DNA of 64,000 nt, from NCBI RefSeq assembly GCF_009914755.1, contig NC_060930.1. One strand, given 5' to 3'. The notes beneath the pieces are model-generated. The model searched no databases. It saw nothing but the letters and a program-made list of their open reading frames with translations, and was not told where the DNA came from. This DNA comes from the human T2T-CHM13v2.0 reference genome, Homo sapiens. The translations under genes were made by a program, and so were the position numbers. This document shows positions 26,983-44,460 of this stretch, one piece after another (the first letter of the stretch is position 1; the number at the start of each line of letters is the position of its first letter).

Positions 26983-27801
26983 CAGTTCCTATTTATAGGA
27001 TTAACAGGACAGGGACAGTTTTCCCAATATCTGTTCCCTCAAATTGTGTCTTTTTTTAAACTAAATTTCTACTCATTGCCCCAAACAGTGAATAATATTA
27101 ACCCTCTGCCTTCCCTCCACAAAGTAACAAAATGTTGAACTGCAGTGTTTTGTTTTTTGTTTGTTTGTTGTTGTTGTTTTTTCCTTTTCTTTTCTATCTC
27201 CAAGCAAACATAAAGGTGGCTGGGGAGAGGGTCCTATACGTCTACTAGCAATTTCTAAACCTTCTTCTTTGGTGGCCTACTTTCTCTTTCCTAGCTTTCT
27301 CTAAGTTGTAGGTTATTAGTAAGATTTGTCTAGATTTCAACAAATCAGAGCTCTTAATCCCAATCCTGTGATTGATGAAGTTTGTTGTTAATGAGACAGT
27401 AACAAACCTAGCAGGGTACATTTCTGGAAAGTTCTATCTCACAATTTTGTTGGTTACCAGGACCTTCTCCGAAGATTTGATCTCTGATGGTCTACTTTTC
27501 TATGGACTTTATCTATTTTTTGTTGTTGTTGTGGTTGTTCATATCATTACGTTGTGTGTGAGAAAGAGATATCTGAGATATCTCTCTGACTTCCTAAACC
27601 CAAGTTAGGGCATTTTCTTGAATTGAGTATTTACAATGTGTCCATTTTATTTTTACTTTTGCATGTTATTTGTGTTTGTACATGAATCTACTGTATTATG
27701 AGCTCTTAAGGGAAAAATCTTATATCCTATCTATCTTTGTGTCCCTTGTGATGTCCAACACATTGCTTTAGACATGTTGCTACTTTAAAAATGTTTATTG
27801 A

Positions 27802-28160
<359 letters not shown>

Positions 28161-29486
28161 CTATGGGGGGTCCCAATATTTTATAGCTGAAAGATGCTAT
28201 AACTTATCATGTGTTTTGTTTTAAAGAAAAGAATAACATCACTCACACTTTATTTTACATTTTACTAATACTGCTTAAATGTAACTTTTAAATATAGGAA
28301 AAGGAACATAAAAGTGAGACTTCAGACCTGCAAGCTGAGTATTTCCAGTAAAACATACTTCAGTCTTCTGCCACGGTAGAAATAGGTTATCAGCAATATT
28401 TTCTGCCATTGTAATTCCCAAAAGTCTAAATAATATTCGCCAGAACTGTGGGAACAGAGCATTCTATCTATGTATTTATGAAAAATAGAGAACTTATTGA
28501 GGATATTTATGTAGGGGAGAGTATTCAATCAGTACATAACTTTGTACAGGTTGTAAGTCAAATAAAACTTTGGTGCACCTAATATTTGCAAACTGCTATA
28601 AGATTGTTGTAATAAAATGTGGGCTATATGACCACACAATGCGCATTTTTATATGTGGAAATTAACACAAGCACTTCTGAAAGAAAGCCATTGACCTAAT
28701 TTGTGCTACTATAGCGTCTCTGTGTGACACAGGTCAACAAAAACTAAATGCTCAAGAGACTCAGGAGAATCTGAGTATTTTATAGTTTTTCCATCTATCT
28801 TAAGACTGAGCAAAAGTAGAGCTGTCATTGGGCTGAGCCAAAAAGGGAGACACTGAGTTTAAGTAAGGTGAGCCTGAGAACCAAGTTCCAGAGCAGTGAG
28901 ACATCAGGGCCAACCAGGCTCTGGAGGAAGATGCCCAAAGGAAACTAGGAAATGGTTGAGAATAGACTTGGAAAAAAGAGTGGTGCACACAAGGAAACCA
29001 CCCATCAGGAAAGATCATTTGTCTAGCTTGTAAAGGGGCAAAATGCTGAATGTTCAACACACCAGCTGGTATTTCTAAAATCAGAAAATTTCTACATAAA
29101 AGCTTGTAATCATCACTTGGAGTAAACGTCTACATCCTGGAAAAGGCCCATGCAATCCTAAATGACCTGGCCCTCTCTCCCTTCCTGCTGCTCTTTAAAA
29201 CTGGCAGGGTCTGCTTCTGCCCCAGGGTCTCATTCTCATAGAGCCCTTCTCACCTGCTCCAAGTTCCAAATCACAGCTTTTCCCTGGAGTGCACCCTTGC
29301 ATGCTGGCCCTACTCCCATAACACCCCTGATGTGTTCCCTTCTCATGGAACATAAAGTTTAATTATAATTAAACACACACCTAGACCAGTGCTTGGTACT
29401 TAGTATGCACTTAATTACTTAATACATATTTATTGAATAAATGAATGAAAAAAACAGATATATTTCATAGAACTGAGGTTACTTTT

Positions 29487-29592
29487 TAAAAATTTTTAAA
29501 TGTTTTTTAGAGACAGGGACTCACTATATTGCAAAGGCTTGATTTGAACTACTGGGCTTAAACAATCCTCCCACCTTAGCCTCCCGAGTAGA
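29487..29592 (-). mobile_element. FLAM-like Alu left monomer fragment
   Basis: tagagacaggg..tgaactactgggcttaaacaatcctcccacc. Confidence 0.7.
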
Positions 29593-30289
29593 AGATGCCA
29601 TTTTGAGCTCAGGCCAATCTGAAAGCTACTCTTATAAGCAGAAATCAAGCTGAATGCTGTGAACATTTCTCCACCTTTTGCATGGGTCTTCTGCTGTGTT
29701 TGGACTGTTGATTTCTCCCTCCCTTTGAAACTCTTTACTTCACCCCCTTCTGCAAAACTCTTCACCACTCTTCTCATGGTGCTCTAATTATTCCATCTCT
29801 TCTCCTTGAGCTCTTCTCCTTCCTTATCTCCCCCTATCATAGTAGTATCCCCAAGAGACATCCCCAGCCGTGGCTTCTTTATTTTTCTCATGGACCTGTT
29901 GCCTTCAGCAACTGTGAGTATAGTCTCATGGATTCAACTACCGCAAATAGGTACCAGGGAAATATTTTAACTTTTCTCTCCGCCCCAGGACTTTCTCCTG
30001 AACTTTGAATTCATCTATCCTGTTATCTCATCAGCATCTCCGGCTAGATATTTCATAGGCATCTCAAATTTACCATTTCCAAAACTTACTATGTCATTGT
30101 CCCCTCAGTCCCTCTCCTGTCTTCCTTCTTAGTACATTACCATCTGTGGATCACCTAAAGATGCAACTCTAAGGAAGTTCACAGTGGGATAAAATTGTAG
30201 GGACACACTTAAGACAGTCAGGAGAACTTCAGAAATGAGAATGAGAGAGAAATCTGACCAACTAGTGCTTATAGAATTGGCTAAAAGGG

Positions 30290-30604
30290 TTTTTTGGTTT
30301 TGGGCTTTTGTTGAGACTTTTTCTGAGTCTTGTTCTGTCTCCCAGGCTGGAGTGCAGTGGCGTAATAATCATAGCTCACTGCAGCCTTGAACTCCTGAAC
30401 TCAAGATATACCTCAGCCTCCCAGATAGCTGGGACTACAGGCACACACCACCACGACTGGCTATTTAAAATATATATATTTTAAGCAGAGACCGGGTCTC
30501 ACTATGTTACCCAGCCTGGGTCTTGATCTCCTGGCCTCAAGTTATCCTCCCACCTTGGCCTCACAAAGTGCTGGGATTATAAACATAAGCCACAGTGCCC
30601 AGCC
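30290..30604 (-). mobile_element. AluJ
   Basis: atcatagctcactgcagccttgaactcctg. Confidence 0.88.
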
Positions 30605-30829
30605 TGTTACAAATTTTTAACTTCTAATAACCAGAAAAGAAACTGGGAATGAATATCAGAAATATTCTGCAATGACTGAAATGTGTTGCCTGTTCTGTGG
30701 CTTCATCAGAGACCAGTGAAGTTCAGCGTGACTGGCGAAGACGCCTCAGCCATAATGAGGACTCTTCCAGGCAGTAGTAATTGCCAATCTTACAGGAGAC
30801 TTTAACGTAGCCTGGCAAGTCTATTTTTC

Positions 30830-33050
<2,221 letters not shown>

Positions 33051-33109
33051 TAATAGTAGCAACTTTCATTTATATAGTACTTAGTATTTTCCAGCTTACC
33101 AGCCACTTT

Positions 33110-34150
<1,041 letters not shown>

Positions 34151-34199
34151 TAGGTAGCTAACATTATAGTTCCTTATACTAACATTACTTTTTGCAAGG

Positions 34200-34830
34200 A
34201 AAAAAAAAGTCTGGCAATACCTAATGGTGCAGTGGATGTAAGATATATATCTCTTATATGTTTTTCATTAGAGTGTAAATTGGACAGGCAATTTGGAAAG
34301 CTTTTGCCATTAATTTGTAAAGTTATTTTGTAAAGAATGTCACATATCTTTGGACTTGGCACTTCCTATCCCAGTAAGGTGTCATGCACACCTGGAAACA
34401 TGTAGAAAAAGGTTTTAGCGTTTTTCATAATAGCAAATAGTTTATACAAATTAAATGTGGCACATTTATACAATACGATATTAGATAAGCCAAATGAGTG
34501 GATTACAGTATTGCAGTAATATGTATAAATCTTAGCAAGATAACACTGAATGGGAAATAGGTTTCCAGAGATGACATACAGAGTTGTAAAGTTAAAAAAA
34601 TATATACTTTTTAGGAATACACATAGATGTGATAAGAGTATTACAATCATCCAACAAAATTCAGGATAGTGATTGACATAGTTTGAGGAGGGAGGAGGAT
34701 AGGACAAAGAGCTACATTCGTAGAATGTTCTATATACATAGAAATTTTTGACAAAATTCTAGTTCCATGTTGGATGATAGGTTCATGGTCATTATTAAAC
34801 TATTCAATAAAAATAAACAAATATATACAT
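34200..34830 (+). mobile_element. Old L1ME/MC 3' remnant
   Basis: gagtgtaaattgg..ggcaatttggaa..aaatcttagcaa..ttaggaatacacataga. Confidence 0.55.
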
Positions 34831-36457
34831 ACAAGAGAGACTTGCATGGACTAATGACAAGAATGTGTCATGAACCAAATATGTGTCTGTTCCTGTTCTA
34901 TATAAAATAAAGTCACTTCTTTGGGCTAAGCTTCTGTGTATCTAGAAACTTCTATTAAACACTAAATATCTAATCTGAGGATTAGTCACCAAGCCATTAT
35001 CATTCCCTTAACACAAAAGTGTATGTAAGCTAGAATATTCTAGCACAGAGTAAGATACTAAGAGTGAGACACTATACAAAGTTTGATGAGGAAAAAGAAT
35101 GGAAAGGTTCGGAGCTTGGGAAGATCCCGTAAGAAGGTGAAGGGGTGAACTTCTGTGTGTAGGAAGGAGAGGAGGGGAGCATCGAGTGTTAGTGAGATTT
35201 TTAAAGCCATGCAGGATTCCTTTGCCTTTGTTTCCGATCTAAACCTCACCCTCTCTCGGTGCATTTAGTATCTCAGTTACTTACTTACTTACTGAATGCG
35301 GGAGTTCACAATCTAAACAAACATAACCAGAAGATTGCAGGATTTTATTTAAATTATTGAGCAATTATTAGGACTCTTAATTTGATTTACAACATTTAGG
35401 AAAGAAAATAGATGAAAGTAACATATTCCACACAGAAAATATTACTCAAATTTGTTAACAATAATCCTTTTCTTTTTTGCTTCTGGAAAGATGGAGGAAG
35501 ACATTTACATGTTTATCTGTGAATTTTAATTTAAATAATTAGTCCTAAAATTAAGAAAAAAATTGCATTGGGACAAACTTTCTCTTCCTCTTTATAAACC
35601 AAAGAGAAACTCTCTTCATAAAATTAATATTCTCATACTTTCTTGTGAGTACTTTTGTCCTTTCTTTTCATGTATTACTCTAATAAGTAGGAAATAGTTT
35701 ACTCTCCAATAAGTATCCCAGCCACATATAGATTTTGTTTTCTCTATATTAAATAAAAAATTTAAAGAACCATATATAACTTTAAAAAGAACAAAGACCA
35801 ATCACACAAAATAAAACAAACAAACCAAAAACACTCCATCAAAACATGCTGTTTTGAAACAGTCTTAATCCATATTCACTTTAAAGAAGTAAAAATGTCA
35901 GTATAAGTTAACACATAGTCTGTGTTTGGGTCAGTTTATAATAGTGATGATTTTGTAAAGCCTTTGAGAATTTGGCTTCTTTTTGCAGCAAGACTGTGTG
36001 TCAAGTATAATGTCCCTCTTAGACCTGTAGGAATTTCAACAAAAGGATGAAATCCCTTCACTTGTTGCACTTTATTCTCTTGTCACAGTTAAAGCAATAT
36101 TTATTTTCCTCCTCCTTGCTTCTTGCAGGCCTGTAGTAAATCAAAAAAGTAAACTCTCAGGTTCATTGTGTAAGGGGCTTACTTCTAGGCTTCTACAGTT
36201 GCCACAGTAACTAATTAGAAATTTGCATCTCTAAGAGAATTATTTAATGCTGATGTGTAAGCCCTTTTATTCTTTGGAGCTTGGCCTTTTGCTAGGAAGC
36301 TTCTGGTAGGTGTTGGGCCTCGAGGTCATACTGTACAAGCTCTGAACGTAGGTGGCCCTGGTTTGCCCTTTTTATCTGGATGATTCATGCCCAGTGGAGA
36401 AAATGTCTTGCCAGGTCTTTGTTGAATGGTGGGCATCTGAAAGGCAGTACTTGATTC

Positions 36458-36543
36458 ATTTAGGCGCCATTTGTTTTAACCTGTAACTTCTTCCCCATTG
36501 ATTTAGGCGCCATTTGTTTTAACCTGTAACTTCTTCCCCATTG
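36458..36543. repeat. Perfect 43-bp tandem duplication
   Basis: atttaggcgccatttgttttaacctgtaacttcttccccattg occurs twice, 0 mismatches. Confidence 0.97.
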
Positions 36544-37061
36544 CTCATTAGCTAACTCTTATGTAATTGAGTCATGCATGTTAAAACGGTAGAGTTGAGT
36601 TATGCCAACCAACCCATTGAGAGGAATCCCTCATTAATATGGTTGTGAGGCCTAAGAAGTTGATGTTGCCAAAATGCAAAATGTTTTGTAGACTTGGACA
36701 TTGTGTAATAGCAATATGAAGATGAACATTTTTCCTGAAGAGCTGTTTGTTTTCTGAGGTTTAAACCTATGTTCCCTTAGTGCACAAAGAAGACAGAGAC
36801 AAAAGGGAAGGGACTGAAGACTCCCAGGCAACTTGTCCTGAAACAGAGAAGACACTGACTGCCATCCTGTGCTGCCAGTACAGCCTGGGAGATCAGATCA
36901 GGGCCAAAAGGAGATAAAATGGATATGTGAATTTAGTCATCACCAATCCCTGAAACATTACCCCTTCTAAAGTGGAGGAGCTCCTAAGTTTACTATAGCC
37001 AGAAGACAAAATAAACATATATTCAAGAGGATGACCAAACCTGAAGTCAAGAATAGATTCA

Positions 37062-37562
37062 ACATACCCATGTTCATTGAAGCATTAGTCACAATAGCCT
37101 AAGGATGGATGCAACCCAAGTGTTCATTGTTGGATGGACAGGTAAACAAAATGTGGTATAGACATACAATGGAATATTTTTCAACATTAAAAAGGAAGGA
37201 AATTCTGACATGCTACAACATAGATGAACCTTGAGGACAGTATGTTGAGTGAAATAAACCAGTCACACACAGATTAATACCTTATGATTTCACCTACATG
37301 AGGTACCTAAAGCAGTCCAACTGATAGAAATCAAAAGTAGCAGATTCATAGAAACAAAAAGTAGTATGGTGACTGTCACAGGCTGGGAGGAGGAGGGGAT
37401 GAGAAGTTGTTTAATGGGCATAGAGTTTCAGTTTTACAAGATAAAACACACTGGAGATTGGTTGCATAACAATGTAAATGTACTGAACATGATTAAACTA
37501 TACACGTAAAATAGTTAAGATAGTAAATTTTGTTATGTATATTTTAACACAACTTAAAAAAA
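37062..37562 (+). mobile_element. L1MB-type 3' end
   Basis: cccatgttcat..aaggaaggaaattctgaca..atgaaccttgagga..gagtttcagtttta..ttttgttatgtatatttta. Confidence 0.85.
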
Positions 37563-37914
37563 TGGTAGACTTAGAGGAAAGGTAGGCATAGCCCCCCTTT
37601 GAAGAAAATAAAAGAAAGGTATTCACGTATACAACCTCCAAAGAGAAACAGACCAGGTTTGCTAAATGTGAAAGGAAGCAGAACAGGTCTGGCAAAATGC
37701 TAGCTTTTCCTGTTGTCAGGTGAGAAGGACACCCTGCTGGTGGAAGCACCAAACCCGGGTCCCCTGCTGTCACTGCCCTGCCATACCACCTGCACATCTG
37801 CAAAAATGAATATTTAAAATATAATCCCACACATGTTCTGGAGGCAGGAGACTTAATCCTCTAGTTAATCATTGTTTTTGAAAAAGCTTTGGTCAGATAA
37901 AACATTTGTGCCCT

Positions 37915-38890
37915 TTTCTTTTCTTTTTCTTTTTCTTTTTTTTTTTTTTTGGTAAAGATTTTTTTATTTCTACTGGGGACGGAGGAGGATGAATAGAACT
38001 GTTTTCCAATTTACTCTTGCACTGTATACACACATACCCACACACATACATAAACATACATACACCAAAAATACCCCAAACAAAAAACAAAAACACCGGG
38101 AATCAAAACCCAAAGCACCCTTAAACTGCACCAATACTTCCTATTTTGACCAAAAAAAATCCTGGGAGGTAGTACAAAATGCAAAATTAAATGACTGAAA
38201 AATCCTGAACAAACAGCATTATTAATATACAAAATAGTTTTATTACTGAACTAGTAACAGGTGATGTTCTCCGTGTTTGTAAAACTTTGGAATCACGTAG
38301 CTGATTTGTTAAATCTAGTCCATGCCAGCTTCCAAAAACCAAAATTTTATTTAGCTTCATTCTTTGATGCCTTATCAGATTTTTCTACAGGATCTAGAAC
38401 ATCCTCCTCCTCATCATCAATGTCTTCTGGTTTTGGTGCTTTACTGTCCAAGACTTGCCATGGGAACTGTTCAGCTAACTTCTTAAGGATTGTTAAGCTG
38501 TCAGCACCAAGCTGACTTAATATTCCAGGAAGCATTTCTGTGATTGGTTTGGCTTCTGCATGACCAGTAATTGCAAAGGTATTAGCAGAAAGGGAAGCTT
38601 GGACTTTGGGATTGTTGAAATGAATAACTGTCCTATCATCTTTAATCATGTTCACCTCTTCAATACCAGCTATATTATTCACAGCCAGGTTTTTTTTAGA
38701 TAATTCTGAAGCTTTTTGTCATTAGCTATAGCTGTTCTACGTACCACCTTCTTTCTGTGAGGTGTACCCTTGCCCCCTATCCGGACCTGAGCCTGAAGTT
38801 TGGCTAACTTTTCTTGATTCATGCTGTTGGTAAATCTGAAGCACGGAGGGTCCTCCAATACCAGCACATGGCAAGAGCAAGATGGCTGCC
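37915..38890 (-). pseudogene. BTF3L4P3: Processed pseudogene of BTF3L4 (NAC-beta-like): 5'UTR + CDS remnant 38822->38347 + 3'UTR + poly(A)
   Basis: Minus strand translates as [25 protein letters not shown], then after a +2 frameshift at about 38690 as [62 protein letters not shown]. Intronless; one Lys codon is lost; AATAAA at 37963-37968 (minus) lies 12 nt before the poly(A) tract (T-run 37915-37950). The parent-gene call is secure. The P3 number is recalled, not verified. Confidence 0.93.
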
Positions 38891-40060
38891 TCATCTTTTC
38901 TTCTAAACTGTGAACAAAGCATACAATCATTTGAGTGATTTTCTGCAATATCAATTTTTCTATCTGTATAAGGTGTCTGATAAGTTTAGATTAAGTCCCT
39001 AGTCTTAATCTAAAGAAAAACAGTGGGTTTTCCTTGAATTTAGAGACTATCATATCTTTCTAATATGAGTGGCTTTGAATTATTTTTTTTAGCTCTAGAA
39101 ACTAACACAATGCTGAGCACACTGGCATTTTGCTTTAAAACTCAATAAACTTTACTTAAATCCAACCAGGATTACATTTATTTTTAACTAAATTCCTGTC
39201 ATGACTCTATATTTCCAAAAATTTTCTGTAGAACACCATTGACTTTGCTATTTAACTTTTGCACTCATTTTTAGCCCATTCAAAAGTTTGACACAATAAT
39301 TAATTAGGCTTTTTAGCACATTTTCTGAAAGCAGGTAATGATTTCATGAAACACAAGGATTAAAATATTTTAAACTGAAATATTTTTAAAGGCTGTTTTT
39401 AAGATGTTGACCTTCATATCATGCTTGGCAGAAATGTTCTAAAGTCACAGGTGACTGTTAGGTTTTAAGAGTCTACCTAATCATGAGTTAATAAATGGAA
39501 GGCTAGATCTGTTTTTCTAGATTCAATTAAAGTCATCTCATCAATACCTACATGTTGAGAGTCCCTCAGGTAGGAGAAGGAAGCAAATAGGAATGTTGGA
39601 TAAAACCTAGATATTAGAATCAGGAACAAAAATTATAAAATTCGTCACCACAAATAAAGTCAACAAAAAGGCAATAAAATGTTTTCTAGGGATAAGTCAT
39701 TCATTCGTTCACTCATTCCCCATCTTCACCCATTGAGGGTGTCATGAGTCATGACACTCATTACTCCACCCAGATATCTTTCCCTGTCATGAATGTGGAA
39801 CAATTTTCCTCTGAGACCATTTTTCCTCCTAGATTGTTTGCCATGTTCTGTTTCATATTCCTGCTTTGTGCTATGTTTTGTTCCTCACGTATCATCCATA
39901 GGACACGACACAAAAACTTGCAAAGAAGAAGATGCTTAATATATATTTATTGGGTTAAGTTTGTGTAGGACTGAAATTTTTGACTGTTTGCTGTACTAAT
40001 AAGACTACATTACCATTGCTAGACTGAAAACACATCTGTGATTATTTTTATTAACAATTA

Positions 40061-40364
40061 CAGTTGTCTCTCGGTGTCCATGGGAAATTGGTTCCAGGAC
40101 TTCCCATGGATACCAAAATCTACAGATGCTCAAGTCCCTGATAGAAAATGGTGTGGTACTTACGTAAAACCTACACACATCCTCCCATGTCCTATAAGTC
40201 ATTTCTAGATAACTTATAATACTTAATATAATGTAAATGCTATGTAAATACCTGTTTTTAAAAATTATATTATCTTTTTTTTTTATTTTTATTTTTTCAA
40301 ATGTTTTTATCCAAGGTTGGTTGAATTTGGGTATATGAAATCGACCTATAGAGAGGGCTAACAG
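40061..40364 (+). mobile_element. MER2 (TcMar-Tigger) relic
   Basis: cagttgtc.ctcggt.tccatggg..ttggttccaggac..ggataccaaaatc..gatgctcaagtccctgata; flanked by TA. Confidence 0.88.
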
Positions 40365-40669
40365 TACTTAAAAATTTTGTTTCCGGAAAATAAAGTCATG
40401 CAAAAACTGTTCACAAATTTAATATTCAGGAAGGTTGGCCAAACCATCTGGATTTCAAAGCAATAACCATTTAGGAAGTGGATTCATTTAAAAAAATAAA
40501 AGAGAGAGAGAGAGAGGAAGGTTCCAGTCTAGGGTGTGTCCATGAGCAAAGCAAAGTAAAGCAAAACAAAGAGAAGCTAAGCTAAGCCTGGATTTGTGAA
40601 AACTAAAGGATGCGCAGTCTTCTATATTGCTATAGCAAATTTCTGGTCCTAAAGAGAATTATCGGTTTT

Positions 40670-41230
40670 GCCAGTAATTGTGAGAAAACAGACATTCTTA
40701 TAAGTTACTGCTGGGAGAATAAATGGTACAAACTTTAAGCCAGGCAATTTGGTTTTATGTACCAAAATTACAAGTGCATATATCTCTCAAACAGTATGTT
40801 TGTTTCTGAGAACTTATCCTACAGATATACTCACTCATGTGCAGAACGACATGCACAAAGCTCCTCATTGCTTCGTTGTTTTGAAGAGCAAATGTTGGAA
40901 ATAGTCTAAATGTTCAGCAGTGGGGGCTCAGTTAATATGCACGTATGCTAGAACATCATGCAGCTGTTAAAAAGAAGTGAGGACGGTATTAAATATTGAG
41001 CTCCAAGCTTTATAGTTACGTAAGCAAACAAACAAAATCACCAAGTGCAGAATAGTATGCACTGTATGCTACTATTCACATAAAAAGAAAGACAGACAAG
41101 ACTTGTCAGAATTTGTTTGATTATGCATAAAATATTTCTGAAAGAAAACACAAGAAATTGGGTGCGTTGATTACCTCTGGAGAGGGGAGGCTGAGTGGCT
41201 GGTAGATAAATGAAGGAGAGAGACATTTAC
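40670..41230 (+). mobile_element. L1ME-type 3' remnant
   Basis: gagaaaacagacattct..tgctgggagaataaatggtaca..ttatcctacagatatactc.. Confidence 0.6.
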
Positions 41231-41249
41231 TCTATTAATTTAAAAAGTA

Positions 41250-41558
41250 ATGTATTGAAGTGGAATCCACATAATGTAGAATTAACCATTTTAAAGTGAA
41301 CAATTCAGGGGCATTTAGTATGTTCACAGTGTGTGCAACCACCTCCTCTATCTAGTTCCAAAACATTTTCATCCCACCAAAATAAATCCCCTTACTCATT
41401 AATTGGTTTCTACCCATTTGCCCCTCCCCCAGCTTCTGGCCATCACCCATTCTTATTCTGTCTGTATGGATTTATCTGTTCTGGATAATTAATATTAAAA
41501 AATCCTATAATATGTGACCATTTGTATCTGGTTTCTTTTACTTAGCATGTTTTCGAGA
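41250..41558 (-). mobile_element. L1MB-type 3' end
   Basis: aaccattttaaagtgaacaattca..tctatctagttccaaaacattttcatc..tctgtatggattt. Confidence 0.75.
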
Positions 41559-42391
41559 CTATTTATTTAATTTTTTTTGTATTTTTGAAAAGTGAACTAT
41601 GTTAGAGTATTTCATAGGCAAAAACTAAAAAATTAAAAGTAAAACTTTTATTGCTGAACACCACAGGAGCTAAAATAAAGGAAACTTCCAGCCTATTTCA
41701 GAAGTGGACATTCTAAACAGGACTTATGAAGGATGAGAAAAATACCCTTTCCCTAAGCAACATGTCCTAATCCTTTTCCAGTCTGAGCCTTTCTCATCAC
41801 CATAACAATACACACTGCGGGAGAAGGGGCAGATTTGGAGAATTTAGTTTTGCCTTGAGTGACTTTTGCCATTAACTTGCAGATATTTGTCATGAGCAAT
41901 GCACTTTTGTTATTTTATTGTGAATCTCAGTAGCTTGTGAAACTGTCTATAAGCCAAAGGCCCCTACTTCCCTTGGTACCAAAGCCATTTCTTGGTTCCA
42001 TCACCTTGCATGTAACATAGTAGATCAGAAAAACAGCACTATTATATAGATCCCACCTAGCAAACCATGGAGGGCCCAGAGAAAGGAATTTCTGTCATAG
42101 ATAAGGACGTGTGGAAGTCCAGAACAATTCTGAAAAAAATTGTAACTGAATAGCTTTCATTCTAAGCTTTGTCATTTAAGTGGGTATTGCAGAATAATTT
42201 CTCAATTGCTATTTCAGGCCTTTTAAATATCTAGAACATTGGAGTGGGAAAGTCAACCAGGCTGACCTGTTATTCATATAGGAATGTGCTCTAACAAGGA
42301 CAGTTGACCATTGCACAAATGGTTATATGCTTTCTGTGACAAGGAGTTCACAACCCACAAGTTATTGCACTAGTTTGATAGAATTTCAGCC

Positions 42392-42505
42392 TGGAGTAAC
42401 CAACTCATGCCACTTTGCCTGGAATTTTCTTGGTTTTAGCATTGGAAGTTTTACATCCTGGGAAAACCTTCAGTATGGAGCAAACCAGGAAGGCTGGTCC
42501 TCCTG
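42392..42505 (-). mobile_element. MER81 (hAT-Blackjack) relic
   Basis: accaactc..tttgcctgg..ggttttagca.tggaagt..gggaaaaccttcagt..gcaaaccagga.ggctggtc. Confidence 0.7.
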
Positions 42506-43005
42506 TTCCAGCCAAGAGTGACGATGGCTGGGAAGGCATTGTGGAGGAGCTAGGCAGTAAAGGATGGACTGGATTTCCAAAGTCAAGGAGTGATCAGTAG
42601 AAGGACATTAAAGTCTGCATTTCCTCAGCCCACACAGTATGACCTCTGATCAGTGTCTAATTTCTATGTATTCATGCTTATTTCCATCATATTTTTGGAT
42701 CCCTAGTTTGGACGACAGTTGTTAGGCAACAGCGAGCCACTGACATTTGTTAACAGGGTTGTAACAAGATCAAAGATGTCTTGTAGGAATATTTATCTTG
42801 CAATGTGTATAATTATTATGGGAATGCTTAGGGTCAACAAAACCAGTGAGGAGGCTGTGGATTGCAGCAGTTCAGCTATGAGAGACCTGAAGTGGGGCTG
42901 CTGGCTGGGATAAGGCAGATGAAGACATGCAGGAGAAAAACGAGTAGGAAATGGTTGCTGTTGGACTGAGGATAGGAAAGAGGGAGAAATTTCAACCACT
43001 TAAGG

Positions 43006-43583
<578 letters not shown>

Positions 43584-44199
43584 TGAACCAATCAGTTTAC
43601 ATGCGTCATCACATAGAATTTCTCCTCTTAACTATCCCATAAGGTGTGATTTTATTTTCATCTTACAGGTGATGGAACTGAGGCTTAAAGAGGCTCATTG
43701 AGTGAGGTTAAGAGCCTGAATCATCAATGTCTGTTTGTTCTGAGAGCCTACGGCAGTTCACAAAGGAAGGCAAAGTTCACTTTCTGACCTTTCTCAACAT
43801 CAGAACAAGGGGCAGGACTGAGCTCCTCATCTACCAGGAGACATTTGATAAATTTTTCATAGTCAAGCTTCTACAAAGAAGCCTCAGACCACACAGCAGA
43901 AAACATTAATGACCTTCCATTGAGGTGGGTAAAAAAGACTTTTTCTAGATGATTGATCTAGTACATGTGAGATCAGTAACACAAGAGAGATAATAAATAT
44001 TATAGATTCTAAAAGAATGTTATAATGAAAATTTGAACTCTTTTATAGGCTATATTTTGGAGAACGAATTTCTCCCTTATATATGCAATGGTGATTAAAT
44101 ATCCACATTTCTATTTTTGAAATGACAACAAAGTTATTAGAGTTTCATTGCTTCTGCTGAAATGCAGCTTTGTATCCAAAGGTACTTCAAAACATTAGA

Positions 44200-44460
44200 C
44201 GAGGCCAAGGCGGGCGGATAACCTGAGGTCAGGAGTTCGAGACCAGCCTGGCCAACATGGTGAAACCCCGTCTCTACTAAAAAAATACAAAAATTACCCG
44301 GGCATGGTGGTGGGTGACTGTAATCCCAGCTACTCAGGAGTCTGAGGCAAGAGAATTGCTTGAACCCGGGAGGGAGAGGTTGTAGTGAGCTAAGATTGTG
44401 TCACTGCACTCCAGCCTGGGCAACAGAGTAAGACTCTGTCTCAAATAAAATAAAATAAAA
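44200..44460 (+). mobile_element. AluSx, 5'-truncated
   Basis: Begins at gaggccaaggcgggcgga; (AAAAT)n tail. Confidence 0.9.

Noticed and set aside
37905-38905. Target-site duplication for the pseudogene
   Set aside because: Only a low-complexity cttttctt is shared by both flanks, so no TSD is claimed
38679-38954. 91-aa ORF suggesting an N-terminally extended BTF3L4
   Set aside because: Extension is flank plus 5'UTR and the frame stops just after the frameshift, before the NAC domain
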